DNA of 64,000 nucleotides from contig JAFNYY010000096.1 of assembly GCA_017383125.1 (NCBI GenBank), positions 9,026 through 73,025 of the forward strand, in the 5' to 3' direction. The DNA is from Schwartzia sp. (in: firmicutes). Lineage in GTDB: Bacteria > Bacillota > Negativicutes > Selenomonadales > Selenomonadaceae. Numbering within the stretch: position 1 is the first letter of the stretch; each line of letters opens with the position of its first letter. The notes beneath the pieces were generated by a model. The model saw only the letters and a program-made list of their open reading frames with translations. It had not been told where the DNA came from and did no database searches. Of the stretch, positions 62,674 through 64,000 are shown piece after piece. Made by a program: the position numbers and the translations under genes.

Positions 62674-63735
62674 CTAAACCTTTACGGTCATGAAGCCATA
62701 ATCAAGCAGTCGGGAGGCGGCTATGAACCTGTCATCCGACTCATCTCCACCCATGACCACGACGAGAAGCCGATGGCCATCCCGCTCCGCTGCCGCAGCG
62801 AGGCAGAAGCCGGCCGCATTTGTGTAGCCGGTTTTTATTCCGTAGCATCCGGGATAGTCGTAGACAAGGTCGTTGGTATTCTCGGCAAAAACCCGATGAC
62901 GCTTCGGGTAAATGCAGGTTATATTTCTGGTCTTCATTCCCACTATCGGCTTCAAGTCCTTGTCCTTCAGCAGATAGCGGGCGATAATCGACAAATCTCT
63001 GGCTGTACTGACATGACCGGGGGCAGGCAGTCCGGAGGCATCGGCGAAGTAGCTGCTGTTGAGCTTCATAGCTCCGGCATACTCATTCATCCGACGGTAG
63101 AAGCCGGCCTGGCCGTCCCTTCCCTGTCCGTCACTGCCGATTTGTCTGGCGACCGCATAGGCGGCACCGTTGTCAGAGATTATCAGCATCTGCGCCAGAG
63201 CCTCCGACAGGGGGAGTATCTCGCCGGCTACCAGATAGTCCGTTTCCTCCGCCTCATCCCTTCTTACATTTATGGGACGGTTCAGCTTCAGCTTTCGGTA
63301 ATTACTCTCCTTCACCGCTACCAGCGCCGTCAGCATTTTTGTAAGGCTGGCCGGTGCCCTGTTCACATCGGCATTGCGTTCATACAGCACCTTCGCTTCC
63401 GGCAGGGGCGGGAAGAAAACAGTCGGGTCAATACCACCCTGTTCCCCGGATGCCTTCCGGCTATCCAGTCTTACAGCGGTAGTGCTTCCTTTCGTTCTCC
63501 GACGCTGCTCCCTTTCTTCCTTCCGGCGCTGTTTTTCCAGTTCCCTTTTCCGGCGCTTCATTTCTCTGGGGCTGAGCTTCTCCAGGGCAGCCGCTGCATC
63601 GTCTGCGGTAATGTCCAGCAGTATGGCAGCTCTGGCCGGGATGGACGGTGGAATGTGGATTACCGCCATTGCCGTTTCGGAAATTATCATCAGCAGCAGT
63701 ATTACAGGTACGGCTATTTTCTTACGGATATACAT
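62674..63735 (-). CDS. D-alanyl-D-alanine carboxypeptidase (S11 low-MW PBP)
   Basis: 353 aa. SxxK (ASLTKM), SxN (ISDNG) and KTG (IKTGYT) are all present. A charged linker, KRRKRELEKQRRKEEREQRRR, follows the signal anchor. Confidence 0.88.
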   Translation of the reverse strand: MYIRKKIAVPVILLLMIISETAMAVIHIPPSIPARAAILLDITADDAAAALEKLSPREMKRRKRELEKQRRKEEREQRRRTKGSTTAVRLDSRKASGEQGGIDPTVFFPPLPEAKVLYERNADVNRAPASLTKMLTALVAVKESNYRKLKLNRPINVRRDEAEETDYLVAGEILPLSEALAQMLIISDNGAAYAVARQIGSDGQGRDGQAGFYRRMNEYAGAMKLNSSYFADASGLPAPGHVSTARDLSIIARYLLKDKDLKPIVGMKTRNITCIYPKRHRVFAENTNDLVYDYPGCYGIKTGYTNAAGFCLAAAAERDGHRLLVVVMGGDESDDRFIAASRLLDYGFMTVKV

Positions 63736-63765
63736 TTAAACTTTCAACAATCTTTCTATGTGATA

Positions 63766-64000
63766 TTACATCGCCCCTACAATTTCCTTAGCAATATTTA
63801 CTGCAGCCACTCCGTCCTTCGCGTAGGAGTCGGCTCCGCAGTCACGGGCATAGTCATCGGTAACAGCGGCACCGCCGACCATTACCTTCGCTGGACTTCC
63901 GGCGGCTTTCAGCTTTTCGATTACGATGTCAAGCTCCGGCATGGTGGTAGTCATGAGTGCGCAGAGACCTACTATATCTGCCTTGTTTTCATTCGCTGCA
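63766..64000 (-). CDS. Cobalamin (B12)-binding domain protein, C-terminal part only (gene continues beyond the window)
   Basis: The reverse-strand translation ...ANENKADIVGLCALMTTTMPELDIVIEKLKAAGSPAKVMVGGAAVTDDYARDCGADSYAKDG fits a corrinoid-binding Rossmann domain. Confidence 0.7.
   Translation of the reverse strand, partial: AANENKADIVGLCALMTTTMPELDIVIEKLKAAGSPAKVMVGGAAVTDDYARDCGADSYAKDGVAAVNIAKEIVGAM

Overview
This is a 64 kb chromosomal window with no rRNA, tRNA or CRISPR array that I could recognise. It probably comes from a diderm Firmicute (Negativicutes, Selenomonadaceae-like). That guess is inferred from two secretins, an outer-membrane barrel, a Selenomonas-type lysine/ornithine decarboxylase, gatCAB, and roughly 55-58% GC in hand-counted housekeeping genes. 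All calls rest on hand translation, motif recognition and recalled family signatures; no searches were run.

Blocks, left to right:
- (1) A partial RND efflux pump (permease plus adaptor), a class IV aminotransferase, and a low-GC class II Fic gene abutting a PilQ-type secretin and a small secreted protein.
- (2) gatCAB and M20 amidohydrolases.
- (3) The most interesting region: a seven-gene minus-strand exopolysaccharide locus (15.1-26.8 kb). Its core is a PilZ domain fused to a class I hyaluronan-synthase-like GT2. It also encodes a WbpO/TviB-type UDP-aminosugar dehydrogenase, several NodB-like proteins that are partly degenerate, a GH18-like lipoprotein and a coiled-coil plus beta-barrel outer-membrane candidate exporter.
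- (4) A complete but unusually ordered Tad/Flp pilus locus (27.0-38.1 kb), followed by a PAS / degenerate-GGDEF / EAL / PAS c-di-GMP phosphodiesterase. Blocks 3 and 4 together look like a c-di-GMP adhesion island.
- (5) A cell-wall 3D-domain protein and metY.
- (6) A mosaic type I R-M locus: DUF4145/HEPN-fused hsdR, low-GC hsdS, an inserted low-GC HEPN-like gene with a convergent near-consensus orphan promoter, and hsdM. A hicAB pair follows. The whole block is bracketed and split by clusters of GC-rich hairpin repeats.
- (7) Housekeeping genes (M20 amidohydrolase, metQ, lrgAB, esterase, ldc), a low-GC Rpn nuclease plus HEPN-like islet, tcdA, a DUF805 protein, a D,D-carboxypeptidase and a partial B12-binding protein.

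Three short repeat families not explained by genes are described.
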